Assembly: GCA_903935175.1 (NCBI GenBank)
Contig: CAIZQQ010000167.1
Location: 2,811-66,810 of the forward strand
Reading direction: 5' to 3'
DNA: 64,000 nt
Source: an uncultured Micrococcales bacterium
Lineage (GTDB): Bacteria > Actinomycetota > Actinomycetes > Actinomycetales > Microbacteriaceae
Shown here one piece after another: positions 48,146-57,719 of this stretch (the stretch's first letter is position 1; every line of letters starts with the position of its first letter). Position numbers and translations under genes: made by a program. The notes beneath the pieces are model-generated. The model was not told where the DNA came from, did not search any database, and saw only the letters and a list, made by a program, of their open reading frames with translations.

Positions 48146-49633
48146 ATGGCCGGCACAAGCATTTTGGTCTATGCAGAGCGCGTAGGCGGAAACCTCGGTG
48201 AGATCGAGAAACTTCTCGCCGGCCCGCTCGCCGACTTTGACGGTGTGCACGTGCTTCCGTTCTTTCACCCTTACGACGGTGACGACGCCGGCTTCGACCC
48301 AATCGACCACAAGATCGTCGACCCAAGACTTGGCCACTGGTCAGACTTCAAGCGCATTTCGCAAACCCACGAGCTAACCGCAGACCTGATTGTGAATCAC
48401 GCCTCAGCGCTGTCGCCAGAGTTCATCGACTGGCAGGCGAAGGGCGAAGCATCCGAGTTTGATGGCATGTTCTTGACCTTCGACGTGGTGTTCCCGAACG
48501 GTGCGAGCGAAGACGAAATCACCTCGTTCTACCGCCCACGCCCTGGCATGCCATTCACCGCTTACGAAGTGAACGGTCGCCGCCGCCTGGTCTGGACCAC
48601 CTTCATGCCGTCGCAGGTCGACATCGACATCAACCACGCTGCCGGCCAGAAGTATTTGGTCAACGTGCTCGAAGCGCTCAAGAGCGGTGGCGTCAAGGTC
48701 GTGCGTCTCGACGCGGTCGGCTACGCGGTGAAGACCCCCGGCACCGACTCGTTCATGACCGCCGAGACACTGGCTTTCGTCGGCGAAATCACCAAGCTCA
48801 TTCGCTCATACGACATGCGCGTGCTAGTCGAGGTTCACGCCCACTACACGCAGCAGCTCGAAATTTCGCCGCTGGTCGACTTGATTTATGACTTTCAAAC
48901 CGCGCCGCTGCTGCTGCACTCGTTCTTCAAGGGCACCGTCGACAAGCTGGCCGACTGGTTTGCGATTCGCCCGAGCAACTGCCTCAACGTGCTCGACACA
49001 CACGACGGCTACGGCGTGATCGACGGGGGCCCAATCAACGGCAAGCCCGGCCTGATCAGTCAGCAAGACATGGCCGACATCTTTACCCAGGCCGAGATCA
49101 ACACCGGCGGACACTCTGCAATCGCAAGCGTCGTGCCGCAGTGGTTCACCCTGCCTCACCAGATCAACGCAACCCTCCCGAGCATTCTGGCCAACGACAC
49201 CGCATACGTTGCCTCGCGCGCGGTGCAGTTCTTCTTGCCTGGCGAACCTCAGGTTTATTACGTGGGTCTGTTCAACGGCATGGATGACCGCGAGCTGTTC
49301 GCCCGCACCGGCCAGGGTCGCGACACCAACCGTCACCACTACACCCCGGCCGAGATCGAGGTCGCACTCGAGCAGCCGGTCACCCAAGCGATTATCGCTC
49401 TGGCTCGACTTCGCAAGCACGCGGCGTTTGACGGTGACTTTTCTTATGCGGTTACCGATGCATCGAGCATCCGCTTGATGTGGACAAAGGGCGAAGAGAC
49501 CATCAGCCTCGAGATTGACACCACCGTAGGCGACCCGAGCTTTGTAATCGAAGCAACCACGGATGCTGGGCTGGCGCGCTTCGCGTCGGTTGAAGAGCTG
49601 GCAAACTTCAGGGTTAGTGTTTTGAACCGATGA
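48146..49633 (+). CDS. GH13_18 sucrose-phosphorylase-family glycoside phosphorylase
   Basis: GVHVLPFF, DAGFDPIDH, YRPRP, RLDAVGY, VEVH, LDTHDG, GRDTNRH. Confidence 0.9.
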   Translation: MAGTSILVYAERVGGNLGEIEKLLAGPLADFDGVHVLPFFHPYDGDDAGFDPIDHKIVDPRLGHWSDFKRISQTHELTADLIVNHASALSPEFIDWQAKGEASEFDGMFLTFDVVFPNGASEDEITSFYRPRPGMPFTAYEVNGRRRLVWTTFMPSQVDIDINHAAGQKYLVNVLEALKSGGVKVVRLDAVGYAVKTPGTDSFMTAETLAFVGEITKLIRSYDMRVLVEVHAHYTQQLEISPLVDLIYDFQTAPLLLHSFFKGTVDKLADWFAIRPSNCLNVLDTHDGYGVIDGGPINGKPGLISQQDMADIFTQAEINTGGHSAIASVVPQWFTLPHQINATLPSILANDTAYVASRAVQFFLPGEPQVYYVGLFNGMDDRELFARTGQGRDTNRHHYTPAEIEVALEQPVTQAIIALARLRKHAAFDGDFSYAVTDASSIRLMWTKGEETISLEIDTTVGDPSFVIEATTDAGLARFASVEELANFRVSVLNR

Positions 49634-49659
49634 AAAGGCTAAGATTTTCCTAACGTTTT

Positions 49660-51135
49660 GTGCGAAACGAATTACTGCTTAAAAAAGGGGTTCGTTTGTC
49701 GCTGAGGCGCAAAATTGCGTCGGCAACGCTTTTGCTGATGCTCTGGGTGGGATTTCCACCCCTAGACGCAGCTTTGGCGAGCCCTCCTTCAATCAGCTCG
49801 GTGCAAACCTTGAGCGGCTTCAAAAGTGTGCGCTTCACCTGGCGGCATGCAAGCGTGGCTAAACCAGCGAATTTCAAGACAGTGCTCGAACTTAGTTCTG
49901 GGAGTCTGAAGATAACTAAAACGTTCACAGCGGCGACCACTTCTGCGTTGGTGCAAAATCTTGACCCCAAGAAAACCTACAAGGCTCTTGTGTACAACGT
50001 GACCGGCGGAACAAAAACAAAAGCGCTGAGCAAAAACGTAAAGGCAAACGCTGCCCTTCTGGTACAAAAACTTTCCTTTACCCAACCTCAAGACATGTTT
50101 CTCAACTCCGAACCGCAGTCACTGATAGTCGGCTCGCCGCTATCAAATGTGGTGGTCAGCAGCCAAACACCAGTCAATTGTTCGGTGAGTGGCGGTCGGG
50201 TAACTGCGTTGAGAGTTGGGGACTGCCTCTTGAGAGCCTCAGCTGCTGGCGATTTCAGATATGCCAAAGCGGCGAATGTCGACAGGTTGATGACCGTTGG
50301 CGAACCTTTGCAGCCACAGATCAGAACCCTGCTTTGGTCTGATGAGTTCAACAACGCGGCGGGACAACCTTTCGACGGTTCAAAATGGACTGCCGACATC
50401 GGAGACGGATGTTTGGCTCCGCACAATAACTGTGGCTGGGGAAATTCCGAGCGGCAGTATTACAGCGCAGAAAACGTGAGGCAGAGCGAATCGGACCAAG
50501 GTGCTCTTGAGATTGTTGCCACAAAAGCCAAACAGGTCAACTCGCTTGGCTGTTATTACGGAAAATGCGAGTGGGTGAGCGGCAAAATCACCACTTACGG
50601 CAAAGTCGCTTTCACCTACGGCTATCTCGAGGCGAGAATAAAAGCACCCAAGGGCGCGGGAACCTGGCCGGCGTTTTGGCTGCTCGGAACGAACATCCGA
50701 GAAGTGCCTTGGCCAAAGTCAGGTGAGATAGACGTAATGGAGTACAAGGGGTCAAACCCGCAGATCAGCTACGGAACGGTTCACTTTGCCGATTCTGCAA
50801 ACAAGCACAGGTACCTCGGTGCAACCAAAGACATGCTGGTTGATCTCAGCGCTGACTACCACCGGTATGCGGTCATGTGGACACCCGACGTACTGACTTT
50901 CTATGTTGATGATGTTGTCATTTACCAGGTTCACATTATCCAGAGCGGTCTCGATAATTGGCCATTCGGAAAATCAGCTTCGCAAGCTGACCCTAAGTTT
51001 TATCTAATTCTCAACCTCGCCATGGGTGGACACTTTGGCGGGGCTGTAGATAGCAGGCTGGAGTCTGCAGCCATGAATGTCGATTGGGTGCGTTACTACT
51101 CAGCCGACGGTTATGGGAAATTGTCAACCAAATAG
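49660..51135 (+). CDS. Secreted GH16 beta-1,3-glucanase with FN3/Ig-like N-terminal domains
   Basis: WSDEF, GWGNSE.QYY, YGYLEARIK, WPAFWLLG, WPKSGEIDVME, LILNLAMGG. Confidence 0.9.
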   Translation: MRNELLLKKGVRLSLRRKIASATLLLMLWVGFPPLDAALASPPSISSVQTLSGFKSVRFTWRHASVAKPANFKTVLELSSGSLKITKTFTAATTSALVQNLDPKKTYKALVYNVTGGTKTKALSKNVKANAALLVQKLSFTQPQDMFLNSEPQSLIVGSPLSNVVVSSQTPVNCSVSGGRVTALRVGDCLLRASAAGDFRYAKAANVDRLMTVGEPLQPQIRTLLWSDEFNNAAGQPFDGSKWTADIGDGCLAPHNNCGWGNSERQYYSAENVRQSESDQGALEIVATKAKQVNSLGCYYGKCEWVSGKITTYGKVAFTYGYLEARIKAPKGAGTWPAFWLLGTNIREVPWPKSGEIDVMEYKGSNPQISYGTVHFADSANKHRYLGATKDMLVDLSADYHRYAVMWTPDVLTFYVDDVVIYQVHIIQSGLDNWPFGKSASQADPKFYLILNLAMGGHFGGAVDSRLESAAMNVDWVRYYSADGYGKLSTK

Positions 51136-51166
51136 CCTGCTTGTGCGAGCAGTTTGAAAGGAAGAA

Positions 51167-52162
51167 ATGAAGTCTAAAAGGAACAGAAACCTGCTACTCG
51201 CAACCCTGAGCGCGATTGGGCTGACCGGTACCCTCTGGCTTGTGCCTGCAGGTGCAGCCAACTACCAAGCGCCAGTGGCCGGAAACTACGTAATGCGTTT
51301 GGTTTCACCACTGCCAGGCACTGACAATTCCGTTGACCTAACGGCTGATGCCAAAGGCACTTGGGACCAGTTTTATGGCAAGGGTCTTCGCGCGCTATCC
51401 ATGTATGCCGATGTGCGCAGCGAGCTGAACTTGACTTTCAAGTACACCACTCCAGCCGGTGCCCCCCTCACCAACAGGACGGTCTACCTGGTGGTGAACA
51501 AGAAGTACTCGTGTAGCAAGACCACTTTTTCTACTACCCAAGACACCGATTACCCCGGTCACAACCGCTCAAACAAGAACTCCATTTTGCGCGACTGGTG
51601 TGGTGACCAACCTCAAATGGGTGCCGGTGAAACTTCGATTATTGCCAGAACCGATGCGTTCGGTAAGGCTACGTTCAACCTGAGAAACTACAGCATCACT
51701 GGTGAGCAGTTTCCGAAGAGTTTGAACCAGATGAACCAGTACTCGGCTGGCATCGCTTGTGGTGATGACAGCATGTGTATGCAAACGACTCTCGCTCCGA
51801 GCATGGTTGCCCACCCAAACGAGTCTTATGAGCGCACCGAAGACAAAGACCTTGTGTTCTTGCACTTCGTAAACCCGAAGGTTGCTCCTGTGGCTTCGAA
51901 GTACACGGTCAAACCAGGAACCACCAAGACCCTGACCTTCAAGTTGACCAACCTGACCGGCCAACCCGTTGCCGGTACCACGGTCACGTTCGATAGTTGG
52001 GGTGAAGGTGACGCCTTGCCAATTTGGTCTGCAATTTCAAATGCCAAGGGTGAAGTTAGCGTCAAAGTAAGTGCACCAAAGGGAACCGTTGGGCTTCAGG
52101 TTGTAAGAGCCTTCGTCTTCGGATCACCTAAAGGCACCGACATAAAGGTGTACTGGAAGTAA
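51167..52162 (+). CDS. Secreted protein with C-terminal Big_1-like domain
   Basis: GAAAGGA RBS; signal peptide; C-terminal L.N..GQPVAGTTVTF...SNAKGEVSV. Confidence 0.75.
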   Translation: MKSKRNRNLLLATLSAIGLTGTLWLVPAGAANYQAPVAGNYVMRLVSPLPGTDNSVDLTADAKGTWDQFYGKGLRALSMYADVRSELNLTFKYTTPAGAPLTNRTVYLVVNKKYSCSKTTFSTTQDTDYPGHNRSNKNSILRDWCGDQPQMGAGETSIIARTDAFGKATFNLRNYSITGEQFPKSLNQMNQYSAGIACGDDSMCMQTTLAPSMVAHPNESYERTEDKDLVFLHFVNPKVAPVASKYTVKPGTTKTLTFKLTNLTGQPVAGTTVTFDSWGEGDALPIWSAISNAKGEVSVKVSAPKGTVGLQVVRAFVFGSPKGTDIKVYWK

Positions 52163-52173
52163 GGCAGTTCGCG

Positions 52174-52209
52174 AGCGGGCCTCTGTCTAAATCACGGAGG
52201 CCCGCTTTT
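52174..52209 (+). terminator. Intrinsic terminator
   Basis: AGCGGGCCTCTGT/ACGGAGGCCCGCT stem followed by T run. Confidence 0.8.
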
Positions 52210-52249
52210 GCGCTTCTGTGCAAAAGCGACGATTGCTTCGGGAGTCGAT

Positions 52250-54013
52250 TTAGTGGATCGCCGATGAAGGCACTCGAGCCTTCAGGGTTGTGATGCCTCC
52301 AGCACTCGTGAGAGACCAACGGGGAGCCAGGTCATCGAGCATTTTCGACCCGATGCCTTTTGAGCGCTTCTCAGCTGGAGCGATGCCGTCGTTTGAAACG
52401 GTCAGCTCGAATCGCTTCGACACAATCTGAAGATTGATCTCAACCTTTGTTGCGTGTCCATGGCGATAGGCGTTGCCGACCGCTTCCTTGCAAATCTCAG
52501 AGATACTCTGCTTTGCAAAATCGTCTTCATCCAGCAGGTCAACGGCTTCTCTAGAGCCGCGATAGGTGATGGCGACGACACCGTGCCAAACCTCGACAAG
52601 GTCATCCATTGCGCTTCTCAAGTCGATCTTGGCGTCCAGAGGTTTTGACAGCGACTGGGTGATGCGCTCCATGTCTTCTCGCACCTCGGCCAAATCTAGT
52701 GGCGTGATGATTGGGCGAATTGTGAGGCGAGCGATCGCTGTCGTTAAAGCGGCCTGAACCTCACCGTGCAGAATGTAGCTCCAGCGTTTGTTGGCTACCC
52801 AGAAATCGCGCTGGTAGATTTCCCACTCGGCTTGCAGCGCGGCATTGTTCTCGGCGAGTTCACGCTCAGCTACTTTTTGCGTCGCTGACAAAGCGGTGAC
52901 AAACGCTGTGCCGATATAGATCAATCCGAATCCCCAAACAACAGGCACGAGATAGGCAACTTTGAGTTGTGGGCTAAATGCAAATTGAGATTGGAAGAGC
53001 CAGCTGGTGAGAATGCCGGCTGCCGGCAGCCCAAGAAACAGGCCCAGCTTCACAAACTTGTTTGCCAGCACCTTTACTTTGCCGGCCAGCTTTACTAAGA
53101 GCAGTGCCGCAAAGGTGATGACAATAAAGGGGTATCCCTGTATGAACTTGTCTACACCGAGCAGCAAAATGCTTCCGTTGATGTAGCCCGGCATGAAAGC
53201 GAAGAAAACTACGAGAGGCCGAACATCGCGCCATAAATCGAGGCGATCGAAGAACGCCACGGATCGCACCTTGGTGGTCGTTTTGCCAAAGCCATCGAAG
53301 TATTGAACCGAGCGTCGGTCTTGCAACTGGGTGGCTAAAGGTCTCACCGTGTTGAGCAGAGTATGTTTCAGGTAATCGACCTGTTCTTGAACCTTCATTT
53401 GCTTGCCCAGCAATTGTTCAAATTCACGCAATCTAGGCAAAATCAGCTCTTGTGCCTGACTGCGAAGGGTTTGCTCATGTTTCTTCAGCGATTCCTGTCG
53501 CTGATTTCTTAGCTCTATGAGTTGCTCGCGTTTCGAGATCAGGCTCGACATGGTTTTGAGGTGGCGCAGCCGCTCGCCAAAGATACTCACGTATATCAGG
53601 GCTATGTAGACCAGGCCAAAAGCGCCGCTAGTGAGGTTCAACAACCATCGTGGGTCGACCATCACGCCCAACTGAATGGCCAGCAGCACCTCGACAAAAT
53701 TCTTGAGCAAACCTGCCAACGCAAAAAGCACAAGGTTGAGCAGCGGTGCTAGTCGGTGCTTAAATGCACTCTTTGGCACCAGAATGCGCACCGCAAGCCC
53801 CATGGGAATGAACACGAGATGCGACAGCACGCCGACAATCACCCAGTTGCCCTGGTAAACCTCAAAGGGTAAAAAGTTGATGATGTAGTAGGCAACGATG
53901 TAGTTGGGAATTGTGTAGAGAAAAAAGCGCCAGCCCCAGAGGCTGCGTTCCCCCATCTGGTTCCAAATTCGCTGTCGGCTATCCGACTGTTTGCGAACTT
54001 GTCGTTCAGCCAT
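52250..54013 (-). CDS. Polytopic NarX/DesK-type sensor histidine kinase
   Basis: Two TM bundles; H-box ILHGEVQ; EAVGNAYRHG, NDG, GIG boxes. Confidence 0.85.
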   Translation of the reverse strand: MAERQVRKQSDSRQRIWNQMGERSLWGWRFFLYTIPNYIVAYYIINFLPFEVYQGNWVIVGVLSHLVFIPMGLAVRILVPKSAFKHRLAPLLNLVLFALAGLLKNFVEVLLAIQLGVMVDPRWLLNLTSGAFGLVYIALIYVSIFGERLRHLKTMSSLISKREQLIELRNQRQESLKKHEQTLRSQAQELILPRLREFEQLLGKQMKVQEQVDYLKHTLLNTVRPLATQLQDRRSVQYFDGFGKTTTKVRSVAFFDRLDLWRDVRPLVVFFAFMPGYINGSILLLGVDKFIQGYPFIVITFAALLLVKLAGKVKVLANKFVKLGLFLGLPAAGILTSWLFQSQFAFSPQLKVAYLVPVVWGFGLIYIGTAFVTALSATQKVAERELAENNAALQAEWEIYQRDFWVANKRWSYILHGEVQAALTTAIARLTIRPIITPLDLAEVREDMERITQSLSKPLDAKIDLRSAMDDLVEVWHGVVAITYRGSREAVDLLDEDDFAKQSISEICKEAVGNAYRHGHATKVEINLQIVSKRFELTVSNDGIAPAEKRSKGIGSKMLDDLAPRWSLTSAGGITTLKARVPSSAIH

Positions 54014-54662
54014 CGGCTCGCGGTGTGCCGGCAACTTTGATGTATTCGCGAATCAGGGTTGCTCGAGCCAGGCCTTCATCTACGCCACTCAATTTGAGAG
54101 CATCAATCGCTCTGGCAACCACATTTCTAACCGCTCGGGGCGTAGTGCCGCGTCTCACAGCAATCTGCGAAGGAGTTAGCCCAGCCGCGAGGTACTTGAC
54201 CACATCTAACTGAGTGTTCGAAAGCTTGGTGAAAATGTGGTCTGGAGTCTTGAAGTGCTGCTGATCGATGCCGACCTTGCCCCTCAAGGCGGCATCTAGA
54301 GCCTTGACCAAATAGCTAGGCTCTGCCACTCTGCTCTTCACCAAATAGCCTGTGTTCTTTGAGACAACTCTTTTGTGCCGGTCAACCAATCTCGGTTCGG
54401 CGATGTGGGTAAGAAAGAAAACTGATAGCCCCGGATACAGTGACAGCAAGCTCTCGGCCAAGTCGAGGCCATTGGGGCCGTCGCCTAATTCAATGTCGAG
54501 TAGGGCTAAGTCTGGATCGAAAAGCTTGGCAACGCGCTTGGCCTCTACGGCTGATCCGGCGGACTGCACGAGAAAGCCTTCAGATTCGAGCAGGTTTGCG
54601 ATGAGGTTGCGCAGCAGCGATTCGTCTTCAACGACGAGAATCTTTCGTTCAACGTTTTGCAA
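54006..54662 (-). CDS. NarL/LuxR-type response regulator
   Basis: ILVVEDE, LLDIELGDGPNG, YLVK, C-terminal HTH. Confidence 0.9.
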   Translation of the reverse strand: MQNVERKILVVEDESLLRNLIANLLESEGFLVQSAGSAVEAKRVAKLFDPDLALLDIELGDGPNGLDLAESLLSLYPGLSVFFLTHIAEPRLVDRHKRVVSKNTGYLVKSRVAEPSYLVKALDAALRGKVGIDQQHFKTPDHIFTKLSNTQLDVVKYLAAGLTPSQIAVRRGTTPRAVRNVVARAIDALKLSGVDEGLARATLIREYIKVAGTPRADG

Positions 54663-54759
54663 GGCTGCCTCCTGCTCTCACGGTACATTTTCTCTCGCCC
54701 ACGCGCTTGAAAACATACCGCTTTAGGAATACCCATTCGGCAACCTGTAGTGTCGAAAT

Positions 54760-55947
54760 ATGCTCGATTTCAACGACGATGCCTTCATCGAGAACCCATA
54801 CCCCGCCCTTGCCGAACTGCGCAAAATCGGGAAACCCGTTTGGCACGACGGTGCTCAGATGTTCTTGGCGGCCACTTATACCGACGCCAATGCGGTTCTG
54901 CGCAACCGCTCGCTCGGTCGCATTTTCAAGGCCCGCGAGCCAGAGAGCGACTGGAACACATTCAACTGGCTGCACAGCGACAGCCTGCTCGACTCCGAGC
55001 CACCAAAGCACACTCGTCTTCGCTCACTTTTGGTAAAGGCGTTCAACAAGAACAAGATCGATAGTCTTCGGCCAGATGTCGTTCGGTTGACCGAGTCGCT
55101 GCTGCAGGGCATCCAAGCGAAAATCGAAGCCGATGGTGAGTTCGACGTTATTGCCGACTTCGCCGAACCACTGCCGGTGAAGGTGATTGCAGCGTTGCTC
55201 GGGTTCCCCGATGAAGACGAGCACCTGCTGAGGCCTTGGTCACAGGCGATCGTGAAAATGTATGAGCTTGACCCGAGCGAGCAAACCCAGGCCGAGGCGC
55301 AGCGCGCGAGCCAAGAGTTTGCCGATTATGTGCGTGGTCTCATGGAGGCGCGCAAAGTTTCGCCAGGCACCGACCTAATCAGCGACCTTGCCGCCGTCGA
55401 AGAGGATGGCCAAAAGCTCAACGCCCAAGAATTGATCGCAACCTGCGTGCTACTGCTGAACGCCGGCCACGAGGCGAGCGTGAACGGTTTCGGCAATGGG
55501 CTAGTTGCCGCGATGCAGCGGCCCGACCAGTTGCAGGTGTTGCGCGATCGGCCGTTCGAGGTTGCCGCCACCGCCGTTGATGAGTTTTTGAGATTCGACG
55601 CTCCCCTTCATTTGTTTGAGCGCACGGCGACTGCCGATGTCGAAATTGGTGGTGTGCTGGTTCGCGAGGGCGAAAAGATTGCCTCGCTGCTTGGTTCGGC
55701 CAACCGAGACGAGACGGTGTTTTCTAACCCAACCGAGATGGACATCACTCGCGACCCGAACGCGCACATTGGGTTCGGCGCGGGCATCCACTTTTGTATT
55801 GGCGCACCGCTTGCTCGCATGGAAATGACCACTTCGCTGCCGGCGCTGTTCGAGCGGTACCCAACGCTCGAGTTGGCTGCCGAGCCGGTTCGCCGACCGG
55901 GGTTTGTGCTTCGCGGGTATGAATCGGTGCGTTTGCGCGTTGGCTAA
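54760..55947 (+). CDS. Cytochrome P450
   Basis: EPPKHTRLR, I-helix AGHEAS, EFLR, FGAGIHFCIG. Confidence 0.95.
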   Translation: MLDFNDDAFIENPYPALAELRKIGKPVWHDGAQMFLAATYTDANAVLRNRSLGRIFKAREPESDWNTFNWLHSDSLLDSEPPKHTRLRSLLVKAFNKNKIDSLRPDVVRLTESLLQGIQAKIEADGEFDVIADFAEPLPVKVIAALLGFPDEDEHLLRPWSQAIVKMYELDPSEQTQAEAQRASQEFADYVRGLMEARKVSPGTDLISDLAAVEEDGQKLNAQELIATCVLLLNAGHEASVNGFGNGLVAAMQRPDQLQVLRDRPFEVAATAVDEFLRFDAPLHLFERTATADVEIGGVLVREGEKIASLLGSANRDETVFSNPTEMDITRDPNAHIGFGAGIHFCIGAPLARMEMTTSLPALFERYPTLELAAEPVRRPGFVLRGYESVRLRVG

Positions 55948-57719
55948 AGCGGCAGCGTGAGGCTGATTTTTGCGCCCACGTTGTTCTTGTTTGGCACCAT
56001 ACTCCAAGTGATCGAAAGCTCATCGAACATGCGCAGACCCACGCCCGGTTTCGGGTTGGCGGCCGGTGGCAGGCCATTGCTAGTGGCAATCAACTCGACG
56101 GTTGGCTCTGCGCTGGTTTCGATCGAAATATGAAGCTCGTTTGAGCCGCCGTGCCTGAAGGCGTTGCCGGCAATCTCTTTCGATAACTCATTCACACAGA
56201 AGGCAAGGTTGGAATCGGCGAGCAGAAGGTCGCGCACCGTTGCATCGATTTCAAATGTGATGTCACAGGCTCCAGCCCAGGTTTTCACGAGGGCTTCGAG
56301 CTCTTGCTCTAGATCGATGTTCACCTTGTTGAGCGGCGCGTTGATGAGCTCGAGAGCTTTCTGAAGGTCGGCGCGAATGAGTTGTAGTTCGGCTTTGGTG
56401 GGGCGGGCTGCGTTTCGAGCTCTCGTTAGTGCAACGCTGAGCAGGCTTTGAACGTCGCCGTGAACCATGTAGGTGTAGTTGCGACGAGCCACCCAGATGC
56501 GCTGCTCGAATAGTGCCTCATCGCGCTTTAGTTCTCTCTTCTTTATGCGCAACGCCTCACGCAGTTCGACGAGGTTGTATTGAAAAATGTAGGTTGCCGA
56601 GACGATCAGCGAAAGAAGCAGCGTGCTCGAGCCGATGCTGAAAATCAGTGGCCCGGCGAACCGCGAGTCGAGCCCGAGGCTGATTGCCCAGGTGTCGGTT
56701 AGCCAAAACGCCAACAGCCAGAACGATGCACCAAAGAGGCCGGCAAAGGTGAGGCTGACTAGAGCTGGCAGCGTGCGAGGCGACAGTAGTAGGCGCAGCA
56801 CCTCGAACACCACCCACACCGCGAACAATAGAATCAGCGATTGCGGAATGTGGCCGAAGCCATATTCGAAGGCCGAAAGCGAGATGAACATTGGTCCGGC
56901 AAGTAAGAGCTGAACCCTTGGTTGCCAACTTTGCTTTAGGCTCGCGCGAGACGGTAGCGCACTTACTCGCCGCGGTTGCTCAGCGGCGGTGGGCAACGAC
57001 TTGGCTGGCTCGGCCGCGACTTTGGCGAGGTAGCGGGTGAGTGGGCGAACGGTGTTATCGATTGCATCGCGCAGTTCGTCTAGAGCGCTCTTGAAGTCGA
57101 CCGTAGATTTCGATGCCCCGAATTGCGCGCCGAGTGCTCGCAACACCGGCTCGAGGCGCTTTCGCGTTACCGAGCCCAGGCGCTTTTCTTCTTCGGCGAG
57201 TAGCTTGGCTGAATCATTGCGATAAGCATCAAGCTCTGCGTCGATCGCCGAGAAGGCACGTGACCCCTCGGTAAATTCGAGCCTGAGGTTGGCAAAAATC
57301 GCCACGATGATGAACAGCCCAAAGCTGGTTGCACCGGTTAGCAGCGGTCGCAGGGTTCCGTCGGTGGTGGTTGTGGTGCCAAAAACCAGCGGTTCCAGTT
57401 GGTTCATGATCAGAGGGCGAATGGCGCCGAGAACGAACACCAGGCTGAGATTCAAATACACGCGGATGCTCGTGCGCGCCAGCCGGTCAATCTGAAGCCC
57501 GGCAACCCAAAGCACTGGTGCGATGATCAGGTTTCCAACCACCACGCGAAAAAGAAACACTTCTGGAGCCATGCCCGAGATCGGAATGTCGAATGAGGCG
57601 GTAGTCAGCGGATAAAGAAGGATGAACGCGAGCAATACCGTTGGCCGAAGAGTGTTCTTTCGACCGAGCAGCGAAAGTTGAAGTTCGTAGCGTGAAGCGC
57701 TAGCCGCTCGCTTTGGCAT
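55944..57719 (-). CDS. Polytopic sensor histidine kinase (paralog of 52250..54013)
   Basis: MVHGDVQ, EIAGNAFRHG, SNG, GVG boxes; same layout as its paralog. Confidence 0.85.
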   Translation of the reverse strand: MPKRAASASRYELQLSLLGRKNTLRPTVLLAFILLYPLTTASFDIPISGMAPEVFLFRVVVGNLIIAPVLWVAGLQIDRLARTSIRVYLNLSLVFVLGAIRPLIMNQLEPLVFGTTTTTDGTLRPLLTGATSFGLFIIVAIFANLRLEFTEGSRAFSAIDAELDAYRNDSAKLLAEEEKRLGSVTRKRLEPVLRALGAQFGASKSTVDFKSALDELRDAIDNTVRPLTRYLAKVAAEPAKSLPTAAEQPRRVSALPSRASLKQSWQPRVQLLLAGPMFISLSAFEYGFGHIPQSLILLFAVWVVFEVLRLLLSPRTLPALVSLTFAGLFGASFWLLAFWLTDTWAISLGLDSRFAGPLIFSIGSSTLLLSLIVSATYIFQYNLVELREALRIKKRELKRDEALFEQRIWVARRNYTYMVHGDVQSLLSVALTRARNAARPTKAELQLIRADLQKALELINAPLNKVNIDLEQELEALVKTWAGACDITFEIDATVRDLLLADSNLAFCVNELSKEIAGNAFRHGGSNELHISIETSAEPTVELIATSNGLPPAANPKPGVGLRMFDELSITWSMVPNKNNVGAKISLTLPL

